The translations under genes and the position numbers were made by a program. From the NCBI RefSeq assembly GCF_902713615.1, contig NC_052154.1, forward strand, positions 34,090,322 to 34,154,321: 64,000 nucleotides of DNA. Direction: 5' to 3'. This document shows, one piece after another, positions 1-11,664 of the stretch. The notes below the pieces were generated by a model that was given only the letters and a program-made list of their open reading frames with translations, did no database searches and was not told where the DNA came from. Origin of the DNA: Scyliorhinus canicula. Lineage: Eukaryota. Each line of letters starts with the position of its first letter. Position 1 is the first letter of the stretch.

Positions 1-73
1 TTGTCCTGGAAAATCTTCTCAAAACGTTCCTTCTGTTCCTCTGTGAAGTGTTCTTTCCAGTCTCCAACAGCAC
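1..73 (-). CDS. sult5a1: Sulfotransferase exon 6 (partial, continues past window start)
   Basis: After a 90-nt intron (74-163): GAVGDWKEHFTEEQKERFEKIFQD, completing the RKGxxGDWK PAPS-binding motif. Confidence 0.92.
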   Translation of the reverse strand, partial: MLLETGKNTSQRNRRNVLRRFSRT

Positions 74-163
74 CTAAGTAAAGAAAAGACAGAAGGATCA
101 TCATGCGGAGGGCAAAGGGAACCATCATATTCTAGCTGATTTAATCCAGTTATTTCAACTAAC

Positions 164-344
164 CTTTCCTCATGAATTTTCCTCTATCGTGATCCATAAT
201 TTCTTTGGGAACGAGTGTGTAGTTGATCATCTGATTGTCCTTCATGTTTGTGAAGCTGCAGTGCCGCACAATTGTGTCGATTGTCTCTGGTAAAAGAGAA
301 TGTTCTAAAAAATTGCAGAGATTTTCCACAGAATGTCTCAGGTC
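164..344 (-). CDS. sult5a1: Sulfotransferase exon 5
   Basis: DLRHSVENLCNFL...HCSFTNMKDNQMINY...KFMRK/G; 181 nt; CAG acceptor and GTTAG donor. Confidence 0.93.
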
Positions 345-573
345 CTGTGAAAAATAACAAATGATAATGAAGACTGGAAGAAAATGCCACATAACATTTT
401 AAAATGTTTTCTTTTTTTTTTCCCCCAAAGTCCTCGGGTCCTCTTGTCTAGCCCTTTAACCAAAATGTCAGCTGGACCACATCCTCTTGGATCTCGGGAT
501 GTATGTTTTATTGATGGTTGACGTGTGATTTGTGAAAAAGTTTGGGGGGGCGGGGTTTTTCCCACCTCCCTCA

Positions 574-1978
574 GGGCATGGTTTCTGGCAGCTAAGGCTG
601 CTCGCCATTGGGCACTGGCAGAATCTCCTGGTCCCGCCAATGTCATGGTGTTTGATAGAGTGTGGTAGTCACCACTGTTGTATTATATTGTATATATGGG
701 CTTTACGGTAAGGCCCCTGTACTACAGGTACGAGGGTAGATTCCTGCCTGCTGGCTCCGCCCAGTAGGCGGAGTATAAACATGTGTGCTCTCCGAACAGC
801 AGCCATTTTGTCAGCTGCTGCATGAGGCCACACATCTCTCATTGTAATTGATTGTGGAATAAATTGATGCACTGAGATTTTCCAGAGATGGACCTCCGCA
901 TCAATCCGGATCGCCTGCAGCTGCATCCTCAAGCAGACAACTCCAAAAAAGACTTTGAACATTTGCTAGCTTGCTTTGAAGCATACATCGGGTTTGCACC
1001 AGACCCAATCCCAGAAGCAGGACGATCACCTGCAACCCCAGGTCAAACGGGCAGGTGGAGAGGGAGAAATGGATGGTCCGGAGGGCCGTCCAGCTGCCTC
1101 TACGGTCCAGGAATCTCCCGGCCTCCCACTGGCAGGAGGTCCTCCCCGATGCACTTCACTACATTCAGTCGCTCCTGTGCACCGCAACTAACAAAACTCC
1201 CCCATGAACGTCTCTTTGCCTTCCCCAGAAAGTCCACCTCCGGGGTTTCGCTGCCAACATGGCTGGCAGCTCCAGGACCCGTTCTCCTCTGTAAACACGT
1301 GTGGCACTACAAGGCGGACCCGTTGGTTGAGAGGGTACAGCTACTCCATGCAAATACACCTACGTAGCGTACCCTGACGGCCGCCAAGACACAGTCTCCC
1401 TCAGGGACCTGGCACCAGCTGGGTCCCCACACACCCCCCCGACCCTGCCCGGCACCACCCTCCTTTCCCCTGGTGCACCCCACCGCAGCCCCCGCTCCAG
1501 GACAATCCGTCCTCCCCTTGACCCCACCTGGGGATGAAGAGGATTTTGACATGCTCCCGGAGTCATTGAAGACCAAGCCGACGCCCGAGTCGCCACCAGC
1601 ACTGCGACGCTCTCAACGACAGATCAAGGCGCCCAATCATCTAAATTTGTAACCGTCTCTGTAATTTTAAAACCAATTTGTATGTATATAGTTTTCCACC
1701 ACCCCCGCTGGACTCAGTTTTTAACAGGGGGTGAATGTGGTAGTCACCACTGTTGCATTATATTGTATATATGGGTTTTACGGTAAGGCCCCTGTACTAC
1801 AGGTACGGGGGTAGATCCCTGCCTGCTGGCTCTGCCCAGTAGGCGGAATATAAATGTGTGCTCTAGGAGGCCACACATCTCTCGTCATAATTGATAGTGA
1901 ATCACGTAGCTCACCCATCCTGCTGCTACGGAGCGCGTTGTGGAGGGTTGCCTTGGGCGGGACTGGAGAATCCCACCC
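574..1978. mobile_element. Harbinger-type MITE split by the Gypsy insertion at 661-1904
   Basis: Ends GGGCATGGTTTC / GAGAATCCCACCC resemble the termini of the Harbinger elements in this window; sub-terminal GGTCCCGCC/GGCGGGAC inverted pair. Confidence 0.55.
661..1904 (+). mobile_element. Internally deleted Gypsy LTR element in SULT intron 4 (same family as 28176-31768)
   Basis: LTRs start TGTGGTAGTCACCAC at 661 and 1736; PPT AACAGGGGGTGAA; gag start MDLRINPDRLQL is joined directly to the integrase C-terminus (TPHERLFAFPRKST...DPLVERVQLLHAN). Confidence 0.88.
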
Positions 1979-2059
1979 TTTGTGTAATTTCAAAAAGAAT
2001 TAGGCAGGGCGGTGCAAAAGTATTAAATCCACTAATCATGTAACTGCAAGTGAGATAAG

Positions 2060-2480
2060 CCTTCAGAGAGAGTGCAGAAAAGATTTACCCAAATGGTTCT
2101 AAGCATGAGGTCCATCAGTTAAGTGGATATGTTGGAGAAGTCTGATGACTTGCTCTTTTAAGAGGAGGTTTGGTTAAGGTGCCCCGAGTATCTAGAAGAG
2201 TTGAGGACCAGAAGATACCTGTTTAAGATGATTCGCAAAGAACCTTGAGCGACATGAGGAAGTTTTTTTTCCACAGCAAGTGTTTAAGACCTGGCATACA
2301 TTGCTTTTATGGTGTGTGGAAGATTTAATTGAGGTTTTCAAAAGAACACTGGATGAGTACCCAAGGAAAGAATTTTCAGGGCTATGGGGGAAGGGCCAAA
2401 GAATGGGACTAACACGGTTGTCCTTGCAGAGGGTTGCCATGGGCATGACTGGCCAAATGGCCTCCTTCAGTGTCGTATGA
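2060..2480 (+). mobile_element. Decayed CR1 LINE 3' fragment
   Basis: Degenerate version of the CR1 ORF2 end and 3' tail (GGCCAAATGGCCTCCTTC) seen at 63370-64000 and in SINE tails. Confidence 0.6.
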
Positions 2481-2631
2481 TTCTTTGAGTGAAGTAGAAT
2501 GTAGCAAAGGTTTGAGATACAGGAAACATTTTTCATTAATTTGCTTATAAGGTCTGCAAAAAAAACCTAATTCAAATGTAATCGAGCAATTGTTGTTCAC
2601 CAGCATAAACCATATAAAATCTAATTCCTAC

Positions 2632-2726
2632 CTTCTTCAGCTCCTCGTAGGTTATGAAAAAGAAGTTGAATTTTTCTCTGTGGCTTAGCCAGCCTTTTAT
2701 GTGTTCAAACCATGATCCAAAATGCA
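2632..2726 (-). CDS. sult5a1: Sulfotransferase exon 4
   Basis: (V)[31 protein letters not shown]; AG/GT bounded; 95 nt; too short for the ORF track. Confidence 0.92.
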
Positions 2727-3184
2727 CTATAATTTGATGTAAGAATAACAGATTTAGATTTTAATTTTTAAAATTCTTTTGAGTTTGTGAAACAGAATGT
2801 CACTCCCCATTTCCAAACATTGGAGGTTATTTTGAAATTTTGCCTGTGAAAATGTGTCCATAGCATTCTTATGACACTGTACCACTATCAGTGTTATGCA
2901 TAGATGCTTCAAACTGTAGGATTCTAAAATGCAAATTGTGCCACCATGGTATAGAATTGAATTTTTATCTTTCCTTGCCTTTTTTATTCACAAAGGTCTT
3001 TTAAGTTCTGATTACGCATTTTTTAATGTTCTCCCTTAATTCAGTGAAATATGTTGTCTGAAAGATGAATCCCTTTAGATAATAAATAGCATTTTTATAC
3101 TTGATGCCTTAAAATATTTCCAGAATCTTTTGAACACGTTATCCCAATCTGTTGTTGTTTTTGTTCTAAGGCAAACAGGACAGT

Positions 3185-3270
3185 CGATATGTGCACAGCA
3201 GGATCCCACAATCAGCAAAACTATTGTTAGATAGTAGAGGAATGATGGCTAGGTTAGTGCTTTCTGTCTA
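3185..3270 (+). mobile_element. Deu-domain SINE remnant
   Basis: GCACAGCAGGATCCCACAA core recalled from Deu-SINEs; second copy near 36895. Confidence 0.4.
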
Positions 3271-4367
3271 TTAATATGGGTGGAATTTTACCAATCCTGG
3301 AATGGGAAGCGGAGATGGGAGTCTGGTAAACAGTGGAGTATACCTGCCACTGTTCCCTGATGCAGTCCCACCACTTGGGAATTTTCAAGGAGGTGGGAAG
3401 CCAATTTGAAGGCCCAATTGGGTGCCATGACAGGACCACCAGTGTTTTGCTGACAACAGAATGGTCCCCTATCCCAAGTGTGGGAGAGACTGCCAGATGA
3501 AGCCTGGGGTGTGAGAGGGACCATCAAAGCCAGATATTCCATGGCTCTCTTTCCACGATTTTAACTCCCATCCATGGACCCCAGAGGATGGACTCTTGAG
3601 GACTCTGCCTGCTTCAACAGTGCCCATCTCCTGAGCTACTGACAGTATGGAGTGCACACCCAACATCCTTAATTGGACAGCAGGCCTGCAGGTAACCAGT
3701 TCAGAGTCCACCTGTAGTAAAATTGTCGAACAGATCTCAGTGTAACTTTGGACCCTGATGTCAGGTCCCAAAGCTTGTGGTAATATCTGGCCTAACTTGC
3801 TCACATTGGAGGGTGACTTTGAATGCATCACCTTCCAATTCAATATGCAAGGATGCTAATAAAGAAATCAAATTCAATTTTGGAAAAATCCAATAACTGG
3901 TTGTCGAACTTAATGTTCACAATCCCTCCTGTTCCTAATAAGTTTGTGATATGCCAGTGGTTTATTACAACATCAACCTTAAACCACAATTTCACAACTT
4001 TGAGGACAGTGTATTTGTTACAGTTCCTGTTGTTTGACGTCCAGATAATTTGACTTGCGTTTTTGGATCTCACTTCTTGCGATGTAAGAAGTGAATTCAT
4101 CAGACTAGGGCACAAAAGAAAGCACTTCCTCGCTGTGCTTTCTGGTTAGTAAAGATTAATTGAGTACAAATTATATTTCTTCATGTTCATGAGGAAATGT
4201 ATAAATCATCATCATGGCTGTAAGCTTCTCCGATTATTGCCTAACAGTTTCCTTTAAAGGACAGAATTCTTATTACAGTACATTGTTGAGAAGGTTAAAA
4301 TGTTGGCTATAGAAATCTCCATATACATCGACTTTTGGAAGTAAATTAAACAAGGTCAAATGTGTAC

Positions 4368-4494
4368 CTTCTCCAAGTAAAAATTTTTCCAGAAATTCCC
4401 CAAAAGTTCCAGGCTCTGGCAGGAAGTTTGCAATGTTGTGGAAATGATAAAATGAAACGACTATGTCCATTGGATTTCTTGCAACATAAATCAC
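4368..4494 (-). CDS. sult5a1: Sulfotransferase exon 3
   Basis: CAG|GTG; VIYVARNPMDIVVSFYHF (3'-PB motif)...FLEKFLLGE; donor GTACA; 127 nt, a typical SULT exon size. Confidence 0.93.
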
Positions 4495-4544
4495 CTGTGT
4501 GATGGGGAGAGAATGATAGAATTAGAAACCTCTGAAAGAGCCAA

Positions 4545-4746
4545 CCTAACCTGTATACTAAGGGGTCATTTAGCATGGCCAATCCACCTTGGAAAGGAGC
4601 ACCTGGAGGTGCTCCTTCATGCAAACCCATGCAAACATGGGGAGAATATACAAACTCCACACAGACCGTCACTCACGGCCAGAATTGAACCTGGATCCTT
4701 GGTGCTGTGAGGCAGCAGTCCTAACCACTATGCCACCATGCTGCCC
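4545..4746 (-). mobile_element. HE1-like V-SINE (tRNA-derived)
   Basis: GGGCAGCATGGTGGCATAGTGGTTAG head, B-box GGTTCAATTC, V-domain. Confidence 0.8.
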
Positions 4747-4749
4747 GTT

Positions 4750-5497
4750 TGCTGTGATGTCGCCCGCCCGCATGATGTGTTCAGCGAATTGAAAAATATT
4801 TTGATCCAGCAGAAATGATACCATGGTTTTGAAATTCCATTTGGTGACATGCTGATGCCGTTAAATCTTGCGAGGGGCCTCTCATGAGATTTTCAACGCT
4901 AGGAACGCCTTGAGACGTACAGATTTACATATTTAAATGAGCCATTAAGCGGATTTAAATATGTTGGCGGATTCTCTCTGCCGCGGAACATGCCTGGGAG
5001 ATCGTGCCCAGGAGACCTCGCCATGGTGCCGTTTAGCACTGGTGTACACAAATGTGAACCAGGCATAACTGCACCTGGGGGTGGTCTGTCTGGCCATCAG
5101 AGGTCCGTGGGTGGTGGGGCTCTGCGTAGAGTGGTAACCTGGCACTCCTGCCACCTGGGAACGTTGGTAAGGCATCGGGCCCAGGGATGCCATGTCCATA
5201 AGAGGTGGGATGAGCGGGGGCTTGAGGACCTCCTAAGAGATACGTTAGTGGCATCAGGAGGCCACAGTGGAGAGTCAGAGGGGGATTCGAGACACCGGGG
5301 TGACATTTAAAAATGGCATCCCGATCTCTTCCTGCTCATCCATGCAGGAAATTAGGGAAGTGCAAACTCGGCAGAGCATTCCTCACAGACCATAAAAATC
5401 AAACCGAGTCCCATTTGATATTGGGCTTGTTCTCGGCGCTACAAGTATGGGAGACACGCCGCCGTATGTGCCCAAAACGGGACAGTAAATTGCACCC
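4750..5497. mobile_element. Non-autonomous DNA element (Harbinger-like); related copy at ~32900-33600
   Basis: Shares CATATTTAAAT...GGAGACCT...GCCGTTTAG.ACTGGT..ACACAAA blocks with the 33 kb copy; ends GTAAATTGCACCC. Confidence 0.5.
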
Positions 5498-6705
5498 AGT
5501 GTTTTTCTTTAAAGTTTTATTCGCAGTGTGGACAGGGCAAGCCCTTAATCTATCCCCTTGCTTTCTCCAAAAAACAATTCAAATTCAAACAGAATCGAAT
5601 TCACGGTCCCCACAAATGAGACAAACTAGATCCAAGCAGACAAGAACAGCCTTCACACCTGACCTCTGGCTTGATCCTACCGAAAGGTCATAAGTTAAAT
5701 GAAGACTGCTTAGACGCAGTTGCCTTCAATTCTGATCTGTAAGGATTGGGTGACTCAGCAGCCCCATCAAATCCAACCCAACCAAACAGCAAACGAGCCC
5801 TTGGCTAGCTAAAAGCTTTGTCTGGAATGCACTTGGCAAATATTAATTAGTTCCAAGTGGCAAATCGTATAAAACCTGGCAAGTTTAATTGCAATGGCTG
5901 GTGCATAAGAACTGAAACTATTCATATAGTTTGGTATAAGATTAAGTAAAAGATGTTTACTCCCATATCCAATCTGGGTATGCTTGACTCTGAAGCTGGG
6001 TGGCGAAATTGAATAAATGTTTAATTTCTCCATATTAATATTCCTAATAAAACATCAATTAAAAACAAATTACATTCTATATAGCAATGTTGAGTTGGCT
6101 GAACTAAGTTCAGATTTGCTTTTGGAACACATTTAACTGCTCACTAGCTGCAAAGTTCTTTAAAAAAATATCAGATGATATTGGCTGTCAGAAATCCAGG
6201 AAGTACTCACTGCCCCATTGTAGGAGCAAATTCATCAGGTGATCTTTAAAGGACAATAGGACATTACATCCTTTTCTAAGCAGGCTCTTAAAAATGGTTT
6301 ATTTTCAATTAGCGCTCTGTAGCATTTTTGCATTAAAAGTATAAAAACAAAAAGAAAGTAGCTAAAACAAGTGCCTTGCAATTTATCAACAGTCCTTGCT
6401 AAAGTGGAATTCTAGCAGGTTAACTCATAAGCACAACTTGATTCTGGCTAAAGCTATGCTTTGATTGGTATGCTACTTTTTGTTTCAGTCGAACCTAGCC
6501 TCGAAATCGAAAAAAACATTAATGCTACTTGTTCACGCACGCTCTGGAGGAAGTACAAACTTGTAGGAAGTTAAAAACTGTAAAAGTGCAACGCCAAACT
6601 GGCTTTTACTACAGTGATATTTCTGGCAGATCTTTTATAACTAGCATCAAGTTACAGTTTTGAAACAGCCTGTATTTGCAATCTGGCTGCTATGAGTTTG
6701 CGTAC

Positions 6706-6914
6706 CTTTGCATTAGATTGTTTGAGGGATTTGGAGAGGATGTGTTGGGGAAGGTGCGTGGTAATAATTCGATGGTCTAATTTGTCCTGCAGAACATCCT
6801 CACAATAATAATGTTCCAGCCACGGAGCTCGAAGCCAGTTTGGAATGGTTTTAGCTGGTGTCTGGTTTCCATCACTGTAAATAAGTGTGAGAATCTCCTG
6901 CATCCATGTTGTAC
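6706..6914 (-). CDS. sult5a1: Sulfotransferase exon 2
   Basis: AG acceptor at 6916-6915; GTTWMQEILTLIY...RAPWLE...RIITTHLP (catalytic His)...NAK; donor GTACG; 209 nt; phase fits exon 1. Confidence 0.93.
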
Positions 6915-7721
6915 CTATGGAAGTTAAGCCAGTTGAATTATTGCATGACATCAATCAACCAGGATCACTTGTAAATGAAATGGTTGCAGCAGCTCAACCT
7001 ATTACTATACTGACAAAGCTGATTAAAGTTGTAGACTTTGGATTCCTAGTTTTGTTTAAACCTTGGCTCATGTTGTTAGAGTTTGGTTCCAGAACCTTTC
7101 CCCTGATGTTTCAGCAACCTAGTGCACTGGAGCAGGAGCTAACACTGGTGCAATGCCAGCTCTCTACAGTTAGTCTCCGTTTTACTTTGTTAATTCTTGG
7201 ATATCATTCTTCAATGCACACAGGTATAGTTTATTTCTCTTAATGCTTATTGATAATAGATCATGAAATGCAGACCATGACATTGGCAGGGTTCAATCCT
7301 GGTTCCACGACACCGTCTTATTTTTCAAAATCTGTATCTCTAATGATTGGATCAGAGCTGGGTTGAAAACTAGGATTGTTTATAAACTCCAAACATGAAC
7401 CATTTGGCAGCTCTCTGCAATGGTTAGATCCTCTACCTGTGAAGAGCTAAATCTAGGAAACAATTGAGCTGTACGCTGTTCAGACCATCCACTTACTGAC
7501 AACTAGTACAATAAAATAAATTTAAAACATAGAACAAATAGGATACCTCCCTCAGCATCCTAAGATATGTATGCACACACATACAAATCATGTTAAACAA
7601 ATACAAAACATGTGTGAAAACCCCATGGCACACAGGTTGTGACAGTCAACAACTACATCTGTGTAATATCTCATTGTCGAATATTCACAGTATTTGCCCA
7701 TATTTCAATAGAGTACTGGCA

Positions 7722-8050
7722 GGGGAGGTGGCAGAGTAGTGGTATTGTCTCTGGTCTAATAATCCAGACAGCCAGGGTAATGCTCTGGGGACCCACAGTA
7801 GATGGCAAAATTTGAATTAAATGAAAATCTGGAATTAAAAGTCTAAGGATGACCATGAAACCAGTGTTGATTGTTGTAAAAACCCATCTGGTCCACTCAT
7901 GTCCTTTTGGGAAGGAAATCTTCCAGCCTAACGGTGACTCCAGGTCCACAGCAATGTGGTTGACTCTTTTTTTAAATGCCACTCAGTTTGAGGGCAATTA
8001 GGGATGGGCAACAAATGCCTGCTTCGCCCATATCCCATGAATGAATTTTA
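7722..8050 (+). mobile_element. tRNA-derived SINE with L2-like tail in SULT intron 1
   Basis: Head GGGAGGTGGCAGAGTAGTGG; tail GGGCAATTAGGGATGGGCAACAAATGC...CCCATGAATGAAT. Confidence 0.6.
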
Positions 8051-8141
8051 AAAAGTTGTCAGATTTCAGCATTTGGGGTTAAAAAAAATACACAAAGTAG
8101 CAATTGACCACCAAGGTACTGGCATATACAGATGCTCTTAC

Positions 8142-8280
8142 CTGATTTGGGGTACGTGACGATCAGCGTGTCAGTATCATGAAACTTGAACTCCTCGGCG
8201 AATCGCATCGACTGTACTGAGTGCAGATGTCCTGGAAAGTTGATGCCGGAGTACCGCAATGTCACATCCAGATTGGCCAT
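8142..8280 (-). CDS. sult5a1: Cytosolic sulfotransferase (SULT5A1/SULT2-like), coding exon 1
   Basis: ATG at 8280; MANLDVTLRYSGINFPGHLHSVQS...TYPKS/G contains the 5'-PSB loop start; donor GTAAG at 8141; 139 nt. The FPGHLH N-terminus recalls SULT5A1, so the symbol is tentative. Confidence 0.9.
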
Positions 8281-8330
8281 AACTGCTTACCGTGTGTGAC
8301 CAGCTGCTCTGGGCTGCGCTCAAAGCTTTC

Positions 8331-8337
8331 TATTTAA
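8331..8337 (-). promoter_or_regulatory. Candidate TATA-like box of the sulfotransferase gene
   Basis: TTAAATA on the minus strand about 50 nt upstream of the ATG; supported by position only. Confidence 0.3.
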
Positions 8338-9354
8338 GTCTTGGTAACAGGAAGTCAAACCCACTCGAACAAGATTTTAAAAACGTGGTTAGTTTTGAGT
8401 CTTTCTCCTTTTTTTGAAGCATTTATGCAATATTTTCCCTCCTTAGCAACAATCATTCATGCTTCAGTGAGTTAATTCCACGCGTGGTTTTCACGGAGGG
8501 CATTAGAGCCGAATGTAGTCCCAACCTTACAGCCAGAAGTTGCCTTGTTAGTTCGTTAGTAACTGACTTAAAAATGCTTCCTGTTACTGCTAATTTGACA
8601 CTTCGGCATAAACTTGTGGAAGTCAACAGACCATATGCGATAAGCTGAAACACATGTATTTCAATAGAGGGATTGAAAATGTACTTAGTTCAAGAACACT
8701 TTCCTTACTCTTCAATTAAATCTCAGAATAACGGATAGCGAAAGGACATACTCGAATGATATAAAAAGAATCTGATCGATTTTGTGTCACCAATGAAAGA
8801 TATCTCAGAATGGTTCATTATTGAGCGATGCTGATGCTATTTTTGAAGAAGTTACTGAAGTTTCCTTGAATTTGGTATAAAACCAGCTTTCAATCCAAAT
8901 AATTAATACTCGAAAGATAGGGAGAATGAAACTGCTCCACAACAGAAAAGAAAGTTAGAGATGGCATAAAGTGGGCAGCTAATTTATTGTTGCCTGTTTT
9001 GCATTCCAGTCCCATATCAATTTCACGTCCAGTTTTACAAATCCTGCTGAAAAAGATACTCTGGGATGGACTTCCGAGGTTGGGAAGGGTGCTTGATGGG
9101 GCCCAAAAATAGCAGACTTTGCCAGTTTTCCAAACCCATTCTCACTGTCGGTCATTTTAGCCAAAGCGGGTTCAGGGTTCCCAGGAGTGACTGTCCCCAC
9201 CAGGTCAGGCAGCCAAAGAGCCTTATATTTTTTTTAAATGTTTTTATTGAGTTGTTTTGGTATGCAAAACAAGTATAAATATGGACAACATTAGGAGACA
9301 GAGGAAAAAAATAAAAATTAAAAATGTAACTATTTACACAGTTTCAACGATTTG

Positions 9355-9466
9355 AAATGAAAAATGAAATTCGCTTATTGTCACAAGTAGGCTTCAAATG
9401 AAGTTACTGTGAAAAGCCCCTAGTTGCCACATTCCGGCGCCTGTTCGGGGAGGCTGGTACGGGAAT
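9355..9466 (-). mobile_element. Short tRNA-SINE, 5'-truncated ('tail Z' family)
   Basis: Tail GCTTTTCACAGTAACTTCATTTGAAGCCTACTTGTGACAATAAGCG followed by TTTCA repeats, shared with other copies in the window. Confidence 0.8.
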
Positions 9467-10413
9467 GCATACATACATCATAGCTTTTTTTCATCTTACA
9501 TTTTTTAAAGTGCCAGATGTGGTTTCCTGCGTTTCATTTCCCATCGGTTTTCTTTGTTTCCCCCTTGGTTCAGGTTGTTGTATTTCCCCCTCCCCCCCCC
9601 CCCCCCCCCCCCCCCCATTTCTTATTCTTCTTTTGTTGGGCATATTGCGTTCCACGTTTCCCTGTTCCCCCTCCCACTCCCCTTTTCCCTGCCCCTTGCT
9701 GTGTCATGGCTACCCCCTCCTGTTCTTTGGCTCCCTAGTTGTTGGCTCCAAACAGGTCCTGGAACAACCGAGTGAATGTCTCCCATGATTTGTGGAAGCT
9801 CTCCTCCGACCCTCGGATGGCAAATTTAATTTTCTCCATTTGGAGAAATTCTAACAGGTCGGACTGCCAGTCTGCAGCTTTAGGTGGTGCTGCTGACCGC
9901 CAGCCGAGCAGGATTCCCCGGCGGGCGATTAGGGAGGAAAGAGCATCGGCCCTCCTCCCCATGAAAGATCTGGCTTTTCTGATACTCTGAAGACTGCCAC
10001 ACTCAGGCAAGGCTCTACCTTGGATGTTGCCTCGAAGAAGGTGTCCAAAACCCAGCATGTCTGGGGTAAGACCAGAACATCTGGGCATGGTTGGCCGGCT
10101 AGCTTGGCACCGTTCGCATTTACCTCCACCTCAGGAAATAACCAACTGATTTGGGTTCTGGTTAAGCGAGCTCTGTGTACCACTTTTAGCTGCATTAGGC
10201 TTAGTCTTGCGCATGTGGAGGTGGAGTTGACCCTGTGCAGTGCTTCGCTCCAGAATCCCCACCCTATTTCAAACCCCAATTCCACCTCCCACTTCTCCCT
10301 TGTCTCGTCCAGTTGGATATCGGCCTCCTTAGCAGTCGCCCGTACGTATCACCACAGTTCCCTTTCCCTAGAATGTCCGCGTCTAATAGGCCCTCTATCA
10401 GTGATTGTCATGG

Positions 10414-11664
10414 TGTGGTGATATGCCTCTGGGCTATATCATAAAAGGAGGGCGTGCGACCTCCAACCAGCAGGTGGCGGTGTAGACACACCATGCGGTC
10501 TCCAGGCCAAGGTCATGTGACAAGTGACCTTCAAGAAGTCGTCTCGATATTGGAAAAACTGGCCTCAGAGGTATGCGGTAACCCATTCCAAGTCTTTGAA
10601 ACGTCTCTGGTAATTTACTCCCAAGCCATCAACGGCACTGATGATGAATGGGAGGACATAGGCGATAATGCTGATGACAGCGACGTGGAGATTGCAATAG
10701 TGGTCAACTCTGAGGCCGATCCTGAGGAGGTGCTGGACAATTTCATGATGCAGCTTCACAGATCACTCACATATTTGATCTAGATGGTCCAGTGACTGGA
10801 TCAGCTCAGTCAGAGAGCATTGTTATCTCAAGTAATGAAGAGCAACTCAACCAAGAGGCACACCAAAATCCATCACCGTGTTCTCAAAGTTGAGAGGAAA
10901 AGGAGGAGAAGACTGGGAGAGCCAGCTCATCCCAGCAACGAAAACAGTCGCAAGTAGCAAACAGCATCATGCAAGGAAGCAAAAGAGAAAGTGACTACAG
11001 TAGTGACACAAGTATGGCAATCATTGACACTGGTCTTTCAATGGCACAGAGCGAAGATCAAGAGAAACAAGAGGCCAGCACGTAAACCAGTCTTCAAAGA
11101 GGCTGGCAACAGCTCGAATGAGCGCACAGGTGATCCCGTGAGGGTGGCTTAATGATCTATGCAAAGGAAACAGACACTCGTCAGGCACAGCATGCTTTGC
11201 ACACCTTAATAAAGCGCATTCTCTTTATCAGCCAAGTAGAATGAATGTATAAAGTTTGACATTCAATGTTGCCTGTACCATTATTTTAATGCTTTGTGAA
11301 AAAGGAGGATGTGGTGTTATGCCTGTGGGCGATATCATAAATGGAAGGTGTGCGACCTCCAACCAGCAGGTGGCAGTGCTGACACACCATGCCGTCTCCA
11401 GCCAGGCTCATGTGACCAGTCACTCACATATAAGGGTAGACACATCCAGCCATCTTCAGAACAAGATTGAGAGGGTAATAAGACGTACCAGTGAATGGCC
11501 GGTGGAACTTGCAGATTTCAGAGGAGTAATAAGCAAACTCCATGATACCGTGCTCTGTATCAGATTGCTATCTTACCACACGAGACTCAATAAAAGATTC
11601 TGATTTGGACATGTCGAAGTGTCAGGTGAGTTCCTTCGTATGGTATAGAAGACCAAACACAACA
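10414..11664 (+). mobile_element. Non-autonomous Gypsy-type LTR element inserted in L1; 5' LTR truncated by deletion
   Basis: 5' LTR remnant 10414-~10521 matches the start of the 3' LTR (11310-11664, TG...CA); PPT AAAAAGGAGGA; near-TSD ATGG/GTGG; internal remnant acidic then basic, with no pol motifs. Confidence 0.8.
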
